IMG/VR virus record: IMGVR_UViG_3300024518_000002
Coordinates: 1-49,347 of that record
Strand: one strand, 5' to 3'
Length of the DNA: 49,347 bases
DNA from: a virus
Shown here: positions 13,830-23,146 of the stretch, piece by piece
How the letters are laid out: every line of letters begins with the position of its first letter
How positions within the stretch are numbered: the first letter of the stretch is position 1
Made by a program: the position numbers and the translations under genes
Notes under the pieces: model-generated
The model's input: only the letters and a program-made list of their open reading frames with translations
Told to the model about the DNA's origin: nothing
Database searches by the model: none

Positions 13830-14114
13830 GTGATCATGAAGATAACACTGGATGACGGTCAACTAAATGTCGATGCTGTTAGAGCGATGTGGGAGCAGCC
13901 AAAATTAGCAAGTCTTGAAGATGTTCTGACGGCAGTTATTTATTTTATGGATGACATCGGTCGTGACGGATACATCGGTCATGATGGGTATATAAACTAT
14001 GATCGTATTTCTGCTGCCGGCATGTTGAGATATTTGTGCAATGTAGCTATATCAGAATTGCCCTCAGAAGATAGATCCGAGGCGATGGAAGGGGCAATCT
14101 ATGACACAATATGA
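13830..14114 (+). CDS. Hypothetical protein
   Basis: 94-aa ORF (GTG start, or ATG at 13836). Confidence 0.5.
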   Translation: MIMKITLDDGQLNVDAVRAMWEQPKLASLEDVLTAVIYFMDDIGRDGYIGHDGYINYDRISAAGMLRYLCNVAISELPSEDRSEAMEGAIYDTI

Positions 14115-14451
14115 CGACTATATACAGTCTGATGAATGGGACATAAGGCGCAAAGAACGGTTGGCAATTGATGAGTATACATGTCAGGATTGCGGGGTGA
14201 CGGGTGTCTCGTTAGATGTTCATCATTTAACGTATGATCGTCTGGGCAACGAGCCAATGTATGATTTACTTTCTCTCTGCCGTCAATGCCACAACATAGA
14301 GCACGGATTAGAGGCGCGGGAGTATGGCATCTGTCAAACGTGTGGCGAGTATTTAATGATAGTCATCAAAAAAATTAAAGTGCTGGGTGTCAAGTGGGTT
14401 GATTATATCTGCCAAGATGGGCATTTTTGGAGCCATAAAAATGATGAATAA
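14101..14451 (+). CDS. HNH endonuclease
   Basis: CQDCG...LDVHHLTYDRLGNE...LLSLCRQCHNIEH is a typical HNH/YajD-like motif. Confidence 0.8.
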   Translation: MTQYDDYIQSDEWDIRRKERLAIDEYTCQDCGVTGVSLDVHHLTYDRLGNEPMYDLLSLCRQCHNIEHGLEAREYGICQTCGEYLMIVIKKIKVLGVKWVDYICQDGHFWSHKNDE

Positions 14452-15409
14452 ACGGCCGTTACCCTCAGACATCATTGATCGCTTTGGTCATTTACCAGAT
14501 GCTACACACAGAACGGGCGATGAATTTTCGTCATCTTGCCCCCAATGTGGCGGCGGCCGGGGCGGGAATGATTTATCAGACCGCTTTAGAATGTGGGAGA
14601 GGCAGGGACAAGCTAGTAGCTTTTGGTGCCGTCGATGTGGGTATCAGGGATTTACAGATGATAACCAACCTAACCAAAAACCAGACCCAGCGCGTATTTT
14701 AGAATTAGAAGAAATCAGGCAACGCGAAGCCACAAAAGAAGAACAGCGATTAAAAAACCTCATTTGTGATTTACGAGAAAAAGCATACTGGCAGGGGTGG
14801 CACGATGCAATGGGGGAGAGCCAGCGGCAGCTATGGCGCAACGAGGGCATCCCTGACGAATTCCAGGCATATTGGCAGCTAGGGTACAAAGCAGAGTATC
14901 GGGGCAGGGGGTTTGTTTCCCCTGCTATGACCATCCCTCACTTTAACGACGAGTGGGAAGCATTGACAATACAATACCGTCTATTGTCTCCGCCAACGCC
15001 ATCGGATAAATATAGATTCCAGGCGGGGTTACACTCTGCCTTATGGCAAGCAGACCCGTCAACCGAAATCAAAAATAGCGTTATTGTGTGCGAAGGGATG
15101 AAAAAAGCGGCCGTTACCTTTATTGAGTTAGTAGCAAGAGGAAACGGCCGTTTTTGTATTGTCTCTGTCCCTAGCAAGATGCCAAGCCAAGAATTGATCG
15201 ACGTGTTGAATAATGCAGACCCACTTTACATTGTATTAGACCCCGATGCGTTTACAGGTAGGAAGCCGGCAATAAACCGATTTGCCAAAATGGTGGCAGC
15301 ACCTAAACGTATTGTAAAACTCCCCGTCAAGGCAGATGACTTTTTTACGCTACACGGTGGGATGCCAATTGATTTTATCAATTATCTGAATGTAGGAAAG
15401 CCAGTATAG
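14441..15409 (+). CDS. DNA primase (zinc-ribbon + Toprim)
   Basis: CPQCGG...CRRCGY zinc motif. Toprim-like VIVCEGMKKA and YIVLDPDA. Start set to ATG 14441. Confidence 0.7.
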   Translation: MMNKRPLPSDIIDRFGHLPDATHRTGDEFSSSCPQCGGGRGGNDLSDRFRMWERQGQASSFWCRRCGYQGFTDDNQPNQKPDPARILELEEIRQREATKEEQRLKNLICDLREKAYWQGWHDAMGESQRQLWRNEGIPDEFQAYWQLGYKAEYRGRGFVSPAMTIPHFNDEWEALTIQYRLLSPPTPSDKYRFQAGLHSALWQADPSTEIKNSVIVCEGMKKAAVTFIELVARGNGRFCIVSVPSKMPSQELIDVLNNADPLYIVLDPDAFTGRKPAINRFAKMVAAPKRIVKLPVKADDFFTLHGGMPIDFINYLNVGKPV

Positions 15410-15417
15410 AGGTTGCC

Positions 15418-16077
15418 ATGAGTAATCAAAGATTTAGCATAACGCCAGCCAGCGCAGTATCAGATGAGAGTTTAACAGACAGCATTTATAGAACGCTGGC
15501 AGCAATTGGCCTATATGGTGATAAAAACGGGTGGTGTTGGCCGCGCCAGACTACGCTTGCAAAAATCAGGGGAGTATCAAGAAAGACAATCAATATCCAC
15601 ATTAAAGAATTAACTGGATTGGGCTACTTAAATATTCAGCCGCGCTACGATGAAGAAACAGGAGCGCAAAAAAGCAATATGATGCAGGTCAAATTCGATA
15701 ATAATTATCAAAACGTTACGGGGGGTGTAACCCCTAGGAGGTTACAGGGGGGGGGAAGTCCAGGAGGTTACAGGGGGGGGGAAGTCCAGGAGGTTACACA
15801 TAACGCCCTAAAGAACGACCCAATAGAAGAGCTGATAACTTATTTTCTTGACGAAACAAAATGTAGGCCACCTAACGGGAATATGAAGGAAAAGTGGTTA
15901 GACCCGCTGGTGGCGATTTATCAAGCGTCTAGTGACGACTTTGATGAGACAAAAAGACGGATTAAAGATGCGGCTGAATTATTACGGGAAAAAGGATTTA
16001 CAATCGCCAACCCTGGCAGCATCCAGAACACGGCCGTTGCAATGACATCCAGAAAGTTGGAGATAAGCTACCGATGA
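15418..16077 (+). CDS. Replication initiator / replisome organiser with winged-helix N-domain
   Basis: CWPRQTTLAKIRGVSRKTINIHIKELTGLGYL looks like an HTH. The gene contains iteron-like tandem repeats and sits directly upstream of the helicase. Confidence 0.6.
   Translation: MSNQRFSITPASAVSDESLTDSIYRTLAAIGLYGDKNGWCWPRQTTLAKIRGVSRKTINIHIKELTGLGYLNIQPRYDEETGAQKSNMMQVKFDNNYQNVTGGVTPRRLQGGGSPGGYRGGEVQEVTHNALKNDPIEELITYFLDETKCRPPNGNMKEKWLDPLVAIYQASSDDFDETKRRIKDAAELLREKGFTIANPGSIQNTAVAMTSRKLEISYR
15711..15800. repeat. Iteron cluster / candidate origin: 26-bp unit AGGAGGTTACA-G9-AAGTCC x2.4 plus flanking GTTAC(A/G)GGGGG and inverted TGTAACC copies
   Basis: Units 15736-15761 and 15762-15787 are identical, with a partial third at 15788-15798. 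The unit length is not a multiple of 3, so the repeat is at DNA level rather than peptide level. Confidence 0.6.
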
Positions 16078-17057
16078 CAAAACAGATAGATAATAAAGAA
16101 ATAGCGCGACGGTTTTTTGTCCACAGTCCGGCAGATTTATCACAATCCTATGTAAGATGGGCAGAACAGTTGAAAAACAACCCTGGCATAAGATACGGGT
16201 GTGTAATGGACAACCACGTCATCCCTCTGCACCCTGGCGATTTGATGGCTGTACTGGCGCGGCCGGGACATGGTAAGTCCTCATGGATGGCCTACATGGC
16301 AAAGCACACGGCGCGGCAAATTGTCCGACGTGGTGTAACCGATGAGGTGGTGGTCTATGTGACATGGGAACAAACGGCTGAAGAGATAGAGGCATTTTTT
16401 CAAAGCGGGGGTGATTATACCAGTACGGATATGGCATGGGGACGGGCATCAATGGATGCTATCAAAAACAAGGCCGTCAAGCGTGCGAACTTACCCATAT
16501 GGACGTTTGGAGAAAGCAAACGCCATGAAGGGATAGACCGGCCAAAAATGACGGTAGGGTATGTATACGATGCAATAGAGGCAATGAGAGAGGATTACGG
16601 TGTTAAGCCTGTTTTGATGTGCCTTGACTATGTACAAATCATGCCAACAAACAATAACGGCAGAAACGACAGGATTATGCAGGTACATGAGGCCGTCAAC
16701 AATGCAAAGCAGCTAGCCATACGGATGGGATTACCAATTATCATTGGGGTGCAGGCAGGGAGAATGGTTGATACGTATCGTAACCCAATACCTACGATGT
16801 CAGATGCTCAGTGGTCAAGCTCAATTGAGCAGGTTGTTGATAAATTGATTGCACTATGGCGACCGTCTAAAACGCATGGCGATGAGCCGACTATAAATAT
16901 CGCTGGTGTTGAGTATAAAAATGATGAAGAGTTATTCGTTATCAAGCTACTGAAGCAAAGATTTGATGCTGGCTTTGGGACGTGGGCAACTCGCTTTAAG
17001 CCACAGACACTAGAACTGTACGATTGCGATCCAACGGGCAGGGAGTTCAAATTATGA
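16074..17057 (+). CDS. DnaB-family replicative helicase (RecA-like C-domain only)
   Basis: Walker A ARPGHGKSS and Walker B-like VLMCLDYVQIM. 327 aa. Confidence 0.75.
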   Translation: MTKQIDNKEIARRFFVHSPADLSQSYVRWAEQLKNNPGIRYGCVMDNHVIPLHPGDLMAVLARPGHGKSSWMAYMAKHTARQIVRRGVTDEVVVYVTWEQTAEEIEAFFQSGGDYTSTDMAWGRASMDAIKNKAVKRANLPIWTFGESKRHEGIDRPKMTVGYVYDAIEAMREDYGVKPVLMCLDYVQIMPTNNNGRNDRIMQVHEAVNNAKQLAIRMGLPIIIGVQAGRMVDTYRNPIPTMSDAQWSSSIEQVVDKLIALWRPSKTHGDEPTINIAGVEYKNDEELFVIKLLKQRFDAGFGTWATRFKPQTLELYDCDPTGREFKL

Positions 17058-17257
17058 TCCACTTCCCCGCATTCCCTCAGCGTCGCAATATCACGCGACG
17101 TAAAAACGAGTTCACGGCCGTTGTTGTTGGAAAGAGAATAAATCCGAAAGTTCTGGCCGCAAACCAGGCCAAAATGAGACGGCTACAAACGGCCGTAATG
17201 GATGGCAAGATAACGGCCGTTTACCTACCGATAGGACAAAGACACCATGAAAAATAA
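17054..17257 (+). CDS. Hypothetical basic protein
   Basis: ATGA overlap with the helicase stop. 67 aa. Confidence 0.5.
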   Translation: MIHFPAFPQRRNITRRKNEFTAVVVGKRINPKVLAANQAKMRRLQTAVMDGKITAVYLPIGQRHHEK

Positions 17258-17351
17258 TAATAATCCACTGGGCGGCTGTCAGGCTTTGATGGTTGCGGTC
17301 GTGGTAGCGGCTATCTTGTGGACACTTATTTTTATTTTGGCGGTAGGGTAG
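17247..17351 (+). CDS. Small single-pass membrane protein, 34 aa
   Basis: Hand translation gives MKNNNNPLGGCQALMVAVVVAAILWTLIFILAVG. Fills the gap exactly between its neighbours. Confidence 0.4.
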   Translation: MKNNNNPLGGCQALMVAVVVAAILWTLIFILAVG

Positions 17352-17352
17352 T

Positions 17353-17616
17353 ATGTACAAATCCCCTAGCGTATGCTGGCACTGTTCAGATCGTCGCGTT
17401 TCTGCCTGGGGCAACTCAACGGATTGTCCCCACTGCACCGAAATTCCGTATTTAGAACATATGACATTGGCGTATCAATCCCAAATGAATGTGGGGAATC
17501 GTGAATTTGCGGAGCGGCGGCTCAGGGGGCAGGTTATAGGGGGATACATGAGTGTGAATGATGCGGCAGAGATACGGGCGACGGCTGGAATCGGGCAGCA
17601 AATGAGGTTGATATGA
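17353..17616 (+). CDS. Hypothetical Cys-motif protein
   Basis: CWHC...CPHC. 87 aa. Confidence 0.55.
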   Translation: MYKSPSVCWHCSDRRVSAWGNSTDCPHCTEIPYLEHMTLAYQSQMNVGNREFAERRLRGQVIGGYMSVNDAAEIRATAGIGQQMRLI

Positions 17617-18281
17617 TAGCGCAAGCAAACATCAAAAATCTACCATTGCGAGATGACAGCATTGATATGATTTTTACAGACCCACCCTATCTAAAAGAAT
17701 ATCTATATACCTATGAATATTTAGTTTTGACGGCAGCGCGTGTTTTGAAGCCTGGCGGTTTTGTTCTGGCAATGTGTGGGGGGGCATATTTGGATAAAAT
17801 ATTACAATATTTTAGCAGTACTGATTTGCGATATTATTGGCTGTACGCCAATGGCATGTCGGGGAAAAAGGGGGGCGTTGTGTGGAGGCATTCAGAGGCG
17901 AAAAACCAGCCCATACAAATCAGAAACAAGCACATCTTGGCCTATTATAAGCCAGATGATAGTGACAGGGGTAGTAGAGCAGTATCCAGAACGCCGACCT
18001 GTAGTTGGTATGACGGTAACGGTAAAAACAAGATTTTCCACGCATGGGGGCAAGATGTAGAAAGCGCACGATATTATATAGATTGCTTCACGCGCCAGGG
18101 GGATATAGTTTTAGATCCATTCATTGGCGGAGGCACAACGGCCGCTGCTTGTGACGTTATCAATCGGCGGTGTGTATCGTTTGATATTGATTATGCGGCG
18201 GCGATTACAACAAAATATCGCATGGAACAGGATCATGCCTATTTGAGAAATTTACCGATATTTAACGGCACTGTGACATGA
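17613..18281 (+). CDS. DNA methyltransferase (beta-class N6A/N4C, DPPY)
   Basis: Motif IV FTDPPY, then ~140 aa, then motif I LDPFIGGGTT. Confidence 0.85.
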   Translation: MIAQANIKNLPLRDDSIDMIFTDPPYLKEYLYTYEYLVLTAARVLKPGGFVLAMCGGAYLDKILQYFSSTDLRYYWLYANGMSGKKGGVVWRHSEAKNQPIQIRNKHILAYYKPDDSDRGSRAVSRTPTCSWYDGNGKNKIFHAWGQDVESARYYIDCFTRQGDIVLDPFIGGGTTAAACDVINRRCVSFDIDYAAAITTKYRMEQDHAYLRNLPIFNGTVT

Positions 18282-18643
18282 AAATCATCTTAGACGGTGA
18301 ACGGCCGTTATCCTGGAACACACTAAAACGTATGCACTGGCGCAAATGGCAGAATGAAGTTGATCGTGTAAAGTGGCTTGTTCGGGCAGAGCTTGACCCC
18401 AGTGAGCCGCCGCTGAATGGGCAGGTCATTATTAGGGTGACGGCATACTTCGCCCATCATCCACAGGATGCCAGTAATATCGGAGCTAAGTTGTATGAAG
18501 ATGGTTTAATCGGCACGGTGCTGATTGATGACAACCCGACTTATGTATCGGAAGTGCGGACACGTAGCATGATAGATAAAAAGCGGCCGCGTGTTGAAAT
18601 TGAAATTATGGGAGATGTAAATGACAGCAAAAATAATTATTAA
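18278..18643 (+). CDS. rusA: RusA-like Holliday junction resolvase
   Basis: PQDASNIGAKLYEDGLIGTVLIDDNPTYV resembles the RusA D-x-D-N...K...D-x-L...DD motif. 121 aa. Confidence 0.6.
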   Translation: MKIILDGERPLSWNTLKRMHWRKWQNEVDRVKWLVRAELDPSEPPLNGQVIIRVTAYFAHHPQDASNIGAKLYEDGLIGTVLIDDNPTYVSEVRTRSMIDKKRPRVEIEIMGDVNDSKNNY

Positions 18644-18845
18644 ATCCTACTCGGTTGGTTTGATACTAAAAAAGCTACGTGAAGATACGGGAATCTCACA
18701 ATCTGATTTAGCACGGGGGCTTGGCTTTAGATCGCCCGCTTCTATATCTCAGTTTGAGTCTAGTGCGCGGCGTGTGAAAATCGAAACCCTAGAAATGTAT
18801 TCAAAGTTCTTTACTGTTTTGTTTATTGTGGGAGGTGATGCCTGA
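18621..18845 (+). CDS. XRE-family HTH protein
   Basis: LKKLREDTGISQSDLARGLGFRSPASISQFESS is a typical Cro/C1 HTH. Confidence 0.7.
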   Translation: MTAKIIIKSYSVGLILKKLREDTGISQSDLARGLGFRSPASISQFESSARRVKIETLEMYSKFFTVLFIVGGDA

Positions 18846-18898
18846 CAATTGACTATCATCATATCAATTCTGCATATTGGGCTTATGATGAATTGAGG

Positions 18899-18930
18899 AA
18901 AGCCGTGCTAGTCATGGCGCGGCTTTTTTT
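18899..18930 (+). terminator. Rho-independent terminator
   Basis: 8-bp stem AGCCGTGC/GCGCGGCT (one G-U) with an 8-nt loop and T7 tail. Confidence 0.8.
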
Positions 18931-18934
18931 ATAC

Positions 18935-18963
18935 TTGACAACCGCATGTTTCTACATTAACAT
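18935..18963 (+). promoter_or_regulatory. Promoter TTGACA-17-TAACAT, 8 nt before ATG 18972
   Basis: Perfect -35. The -10 matches TAnnnT. Confidence 0.5.
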
Positions 18964-18971
18964 ATAGCATT

Positions 18972-19145
18972 ATGGTAAATAAAAAACAAACAACAGTAAG
19001 TATTGACAAAGAACAGCATGAGGCACTACTCAATATAAGAGATGTTGATGGCGTTTCTATCACTTTTTCAGTGCGCCGCGCTATTGCTGAGTATTTACTT
19101 CGACGCAAAAAGAAAGAAACGGAAAACAAACGCGCATCTGATTAG
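18972..19145 (+). CDS. Ribbon-helix-helix (CopG/Arc-like) protein, 57 aa
   Basis: Hand translation gives MVNKKQTTVSIDKEQHEALLNIRDVDGVSITFSVRRAIAEYLLRRKKKETENKRASD. Below the ORF-track cutoff. The antisense track ORF 18929..19129 looks spurious. Confidence 0.55.
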   Translation: MVNKKQTTVSIDKEQHEALLNIRDVDGVSITFSVRRAIAEYLLRRKKKETENKRASD

Positions 19146-19162
19146 ATGCAAAGGAAGTGCTT

Positions 19163-19651
19163 ATGAATAATCATTGTAACTGCCCCGAGTGTTCACCCCA
19201 CCTATATAAAAAGTCAGGATTGAATGGCGGGGTGATTGCAGCCATCATTATTGTTGGTCTGATATTTATTGGGCTTGAATTGGGATTTGTCGGACTGAGG
19301 GACAACCAGCAGCGAGTTGAGCCTGTGCGTATGCAATCAGCACAGCCGCGCCAACTGCCAACCGCCCCGCCATTGCCTGAGCCATCATACATAAATGAGG
19401 CGGGCAGTCCTGTATATGATTTTCGCGATAATCCCGTCATGCCAGCAGAATCGGTACAGATAGAATTAGATACGCCATTGTCTGGCACGGGTGTATTGCC
19501 TGTTCAAACCTATACGGGCGAGTTGTCAAACCAGGACGATGGTGTAATCACACCCAGCGAATTTAGGGATACATTTGGGTGGGGGCCATTGCCAATAAAC
19601 AGTAATTGCAATGTGCGAGCCCCATTGGCATGTCCGGACGCGGGGGAATAA
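19163..19651 (+). CDS. Membrane-anchored protein
   Basis: N-terminal CNCPEC, one TM helix (VIAAIIIVGLIFIGLELGFVGL) and a P-rich linker. GTG 19157 is an alternative start. Confidence 0.6.
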   Translation: MNNHCNCPECSPHLYKKSGLNGGVIAAIIIVGLIFIGLELGFVGLRDNQQRVEPVRMQSAQPRQLPTAPPLPEPSYINEAGSPVYDFRDNPVMPAESVQIELDTPLSGTGVLPVQTYTGELSNQDDGVITPSEFRDTFGWGPLPINSNCNVRAPLACPDAGE

Positions 19652-20313
19652 TGAAACAATCAGACCTGATAACTATTGATGGATTCAAAGAGGTGGCTGG
19701 TACAAGCGGTCGCATTGGTGGCTTTATTGCCTGCTTTGCTAATATCCTGAATTCGCTATATCAACCGTATGATTTTGCCGCCAAAGATGTTGGGATTGCA
19801 ATTGTATTTGGCCTCTTAATTGGTGGCATTGTTTGGGCGTTTGTTTACGCGGTGTTGACAATGACGCTAATCAGCAAATCGGTAAAGAGTCAAAAGCCAA
19901 AAAGTAAAAACAATGGGCGCCAACAGGCAGAATCGAAGCGGCGCGTATCGGGGCAGATTGATAGTATAATGTTACCGAACGGATTGACGCTTGAAGATGC
20001 GAGTGCTGTTTATGCGGCCGTTAATCGTGTCGAGATTGGCGTAGATGGAAATGGGCAACCGGCGGCCGTTACTCAGCGCGCTCTGGATGCGGTAGGAATT
20101 GGTCGATTTGGCAATCCAAATAAAGCGCAGCAAGCAATTATTTTCTTGAAGCAAAACGGGGTTATTGATGACAATGGATACCCTACCGGTTCCCCCCTAC
20201 CCCACTTTAACCTATTACAGGAGCGTGGGGGCGGTGGTAGTCGAGATACCACCAGTCACCACCAGTCCACCACCGCCAATTATGGGGTGGGGGAGGTTAT
20301 GAACTATGGCTAA
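19651..20313 (+). CDS. Membrane protein
   Basis: TAATG overlap with the previous gene. TM segments, then a basic linker and a soluble C-domain. Confidence 0.6.
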   Translation: MKQSDLITIDGFKEVAGTSGRIGGFIACFANILNSLYQPYDFAAKDVGIAIVFGLLIGGIVWAFVYAVLTMTLISKSVKSQKPKSKNNGRQQAESKRRVSGQIDSIMLPNGLTLEDASAVYAAVNRVEIGVDGNGQPAAVTQRALDAVGIGRFGNPNKAQQAIIFLKQNGVIDDNGYPTGSPLPHFNLLQERGGGGSRDTTSHHQSTTANYGVGEVMNYG

Positions 20314-20992
20314 TATGTTTGATGTAGCAGCAAAGAAACTGAAGGGCAGCCCCATCATTTTATTGTTTTTTGTGGTCGCCCTTATCATGTTTGGACTGGG
20401 CGTTGTGTTTTTTGTAGAGGATACGATCAGCTCGTTCAATGGTGTCAAGCAGCTTGAGGCGGTATATGGAATCAAGCCCGTCAATCATTGGGTAACGTAT
20501 ATTGCAATCAGTATAGCTCCTCAAATCGCCCAACTAGGGCTGATGTATTTCTTTTTAACAAATCCACGTAAAAATGGATGGATGCCTATAATGGCGTTTC
20601 TGTTTTTGCTGGTTGATTTTGCCAGTGATTTACAGGATCGGAGTAACGGACAGTTTGTGATTTTCAACGGCGGCATTGTTGAGCTTGCCTGGAATCCAAC
20701 AATCATAGCATCTGCATTTTTCACGCTGATGTATTTTACTATTGGTAGTGAACTGTTTATCAGCGTATCGGTTGGTTTGCTCCTGTCATTATTCCCTGAT
20801 GCAATCAATCAATATACGCAGACGTTTACACGTACCCGCGCCGCATTAAAAAAGGCAAATGCAGATATTAAAAAAGCACATCGAGCGCACGGCACGCCAA
20901 GAAAGAAGCAAAAGCAGAATGGGCAGCATGTGGGACAGCGACATAGTCGGCATGAGCAACATACCCGCCATAATCAGGGAGGGCGGTGGTGA
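20306..20992 (+). CDS. Multi-pass membrane protein
   Basis: 228 aa with about 5 hydrophobic helices and a basic C-tail. Confidence 0.6.
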   Translation: MANMFDVAAKKLKGSPIILLFFVVALIMFGLGVVFFVEDTISSFNGVKQLEAVYGIKPVNHWVTYIAISIAPQIAQLGLMYFFLTNPRKNGWMPIMAFLFLLVDFASDLQDRSNGQFVIFNGGIVELAWNPTIIASAFFTLMYFTIGSELFISVSVGLLLSLFPDAINQYTQTFTRTRAALKKANADIKKAHRAHGTPRKKQKQNGQHVGQRHSRHEQHTRHNQGGRW

Positions 20993-21561
20993 GTCAACTC
21001 GCAAGAGATTTTTTCACACGGCGGCAGCAAATTGATGACCAGATAGCCGCTGTTTGGTTCGGTGTTCCTAATCCCCCTGCATCGGTGATGGTGCGGCAGG
21101 AACAGCAACATCTGCCCACACCCATCAGACCCCAGCCGCTGCATATCCACAGTGGACAAACGGCCGTTCACCAAGAACCTCATACGCGCATGGTCGGGAT
21201 GAAAATAGTACGCGTTTCCATCACCATTGGCTGGGGCGGTAAAACGCGCTTTTTCAGCACATTCGATAACACAGAGTACACAATAGGACAACGCAAATAC
21301 CAGGAGGCGCGGGCGAATCATGGCGGTGGTTACTTCGTTTATCGTGGCGACGTTGCGGAAACGACGCGCCTGTTTCATGAGAGAAAAATAATCAACAGAG
21401 ACTTCCATACACGATATGGCTTGCTGGCATGTGAAGTCGAACCGCCGTTTGTCGCCTATGACTGGGAAGGCGGAATGATAGTTGGGTGTGCTGAAGCTCA
21501 GAATATTAAAAAAGTAGCTGTTTCCGGCATTACGCCGTTGGAATATCTAGGGTGTATTTGA
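20986..21561 (+). CDS. Hypothetical protein (start uncertain)
   Basis: Preferred over antisense ORF 20974..21408 because of strand continuity and the more protein-like C-terminal half. Confidence 0.45.
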   Translation: MVSQLARDFFTRRQQIDDQIAAVWFGVPNPPASVMVRQEQQHLPTPIRPQPLHIHSGQTAVHQEPHTRMVGMKIVRVSITIGWGGKTRFFSTFDNTEYTIGQRKYQEARANHGGGYFVYRGDVAETTRLFHERKIINRDFHTRYGLLACEVEPPFVAYDWEGGMIVGCAEAQNIKKVAVSGITPLEYLGCI

Positions 21562-21596
21562 TTTATCGCCACCCTAAAGGCAGAAAGGATAAGAAA

Positions 21597-21842
21597 ATGA
21601 GGAAACTTTCAGATGAGTTTGAATTGATTGATCCTTCATTCATTACTAGGATTGAAGTGAAGATCACATTTGCGCTTTTGTGGTCAATTACTAAATGTAT
21701 CTTTCAGCGCAAGGATTTGAAGATCACCCACACATTTACTGAAAACCCACTCATAAATCATGACATGTCAGCAGAAGACTACCTTGAGATGGCATTGGGC
21801 GATGATTGGGAAGATGTGATGTTTGAAGGCGAGCTTGAATGA
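21597..21842 (+). CDS. Hypothetical protein
   Basis: AAGGAT RBS before ATG 21597. Track ORF starts at 21552. Confidence 0.5.
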   Translation: MRKLSDEFELIDPSFITRIEVKITFALLWSITKCIFQRKDLKITHTFTENPLINHDMSAEDYLEMALGDDWEDVMFEGELE

Positions 21843-22045
21843 ATAAAACCAACTGGAAAATAATTATTTCTTTATGTTCTTTAATACTCAAAAATATGGG
21901 CGTACGTTTGATTGTGTTTGTGCTGACGTTTTTAATTGTTGTCGCGTATCTCGCACATGCTGACTTGAAGTGTCGAAAGTATGGCTATGATTCAATTGTA
22001 TACAAATATCCCAGCCTGTATTGTATAGAAGAAGAAAATGAATAA
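21839..22045 (+). CDS. Small membrane protein (N-terminus MNKTNW)
   Basis: 68 aa with one TM. The first ~27 nt are nearly identical to the start of the next gene. Confidence 0.55.
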   Translation: MNKTNWKIIISLCSLILKNMGVRLIVFVLTFLIVVAYLAHADLKCRKYGYDSIVYKYPSLYCIEEENE

Positions 22046-22802
22046 AACCAACTGGACAAATAAAATTCTATGGCTTGTCTATATCGGCTTGTTGGCTGTG
22101 CTATTACCTCATACGGCGTGGATGTTTTTACAATTTGAACCGGTGGGGGATTTTTCCACTTATGTCGCGTGGGCAGCGGCTTTTACATTTGAGGCGGCTA
22201 TCGCTGTACTGACCCACAAATTGGCACAACACATTGACAAGACCCCTCGGTACTCTGTGGGGCGGGTGTGGTTAAAGCGACTGGGATACCGATATGCAAA
22301 CGCCTACGCATTCAGCCTGATAACGGCCGTCGCTGTATCCACCATTGCCAATGTCTCACATGCTATGCAATATGCAACAGAGGGGTTTGGTACACCCTGG
22401 CACGTTGCGGCGTTCGGCGGTGTGTTACCGTTTGCGTCTCTCATGTTCGCACGGGTATTGTCAAGCGCGAGTGATGAGGTGCAAGAGGTTGACGTTAAGG
22501 CGCAAAAGATGCGAAAGGATTTACAAGAGGTGCGAAAGAACTTGCAAGGTAAAATTGAGTTACTAAAAGTTGCTGAAATCGAACGCGCGGAGATTGAAAG
22601 TCAATTACAACAGACAGCAAGCCAACTTCAAGAAATGACACAATATCGAAACTACTGGCAAACGATAAACCCAAAGACGCAAGTGGCAATTATGTATAAT
22701 GCGGGTGAAATCAAGACCCTGCAAGAGGCCGCAAATGGCGTTAATTTGAGTGAAAGCACAATTAGTAGGATTGCAAGTAGCATCAATGGGAGAGGATCAT
22801 GA
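22038..22802 (+). CDS. Membrane protein with coiled coil and C-terminal HTH-like segment
   Basis: 254 aa with an N-terminal TM bundle, QKMRKDLQEVRKNLQGKIELLK coiled coil, and NLSESTISRIASSI. Confidence 0.6.
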   Translation: MNKTNWTNKILWLVYIGLLAVLLPHTAWMFLQFEPVGDFSTYVAWAAAFTFEAAIAVLTHKLAQHIDKTPRYSVGRVWLKRLGYRYANAYAFSLITAVAVSTIANVSHAMQYATEGFGTPWHVAAFGGVLPFASLMFARVLSSASDEVQEVDVKAQKMRKDLQEVRKNLQGKIELLKVAEIERAEIESQLQQTASQLQEMTQYRNYWQTINPKTQVAIMYNAGEIKTLQEAANGVNLSESTISRIASSINGRGS

Positions 22803-23146
22803 TTACAAAGGCAACCGTCTCCTTTGAGACATCACTCCATAATATATCACTATTAACTACTCTGTATGATTTACTTGAAAACACAAAAATCACCGATAGC
22901 GCACATGACGATCTTGCTCCCGCATCCCTCGATATGTATTTTTGTTTGTTGGATACTATTCTGGATACAATGCCGGGGGTAGTTGAGGAAATGATTGTGG
23001 GCTATGGTAATCTCGAAAACGAAGCAGACATCAAACCTCCGATTTTGCTTTCAGTATACAAATTAGCGATGGAGCGGCGTGGTTATCAGATGCGTACAGC
23101 GGAACAGGCGTATCCGTTGAGGGATGTGATAAATGATAAAAAATGA
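22799..23146 (+). CDS. Hypothetical protein
   Basis: 115-aa ORF with overlapping start/stop. Confidence 0.55.
   Translation: MITKATVSFETSLHNISLLTTLYDLLENTKITDSAHDDLAPASLDMYFCLLDTILDTMPGVVEEMIVGYGNLENEADIKPPILLSVYKLAMERRGYQMRTAEQAYPLRDVINDKK

Noticed and set aside
15747-15781. G-quadruplex as the primary explanation of the G9 tracts
   Set aside because: This is possible, but the tracts sit inside perfectly repeated 26-bp units typical of iterons. G4 formation is secondary speculation.
20974-21408. 144-aa minus-strand ORF as a real gene
   Set aside because: It would be the only minus-strand gene in a 20-kb rightward block, it is Cys/His/Arg-rich, and it overlaps a same-strand ORF that has a more protein-like sequence. 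Residual uncertainty is noted.
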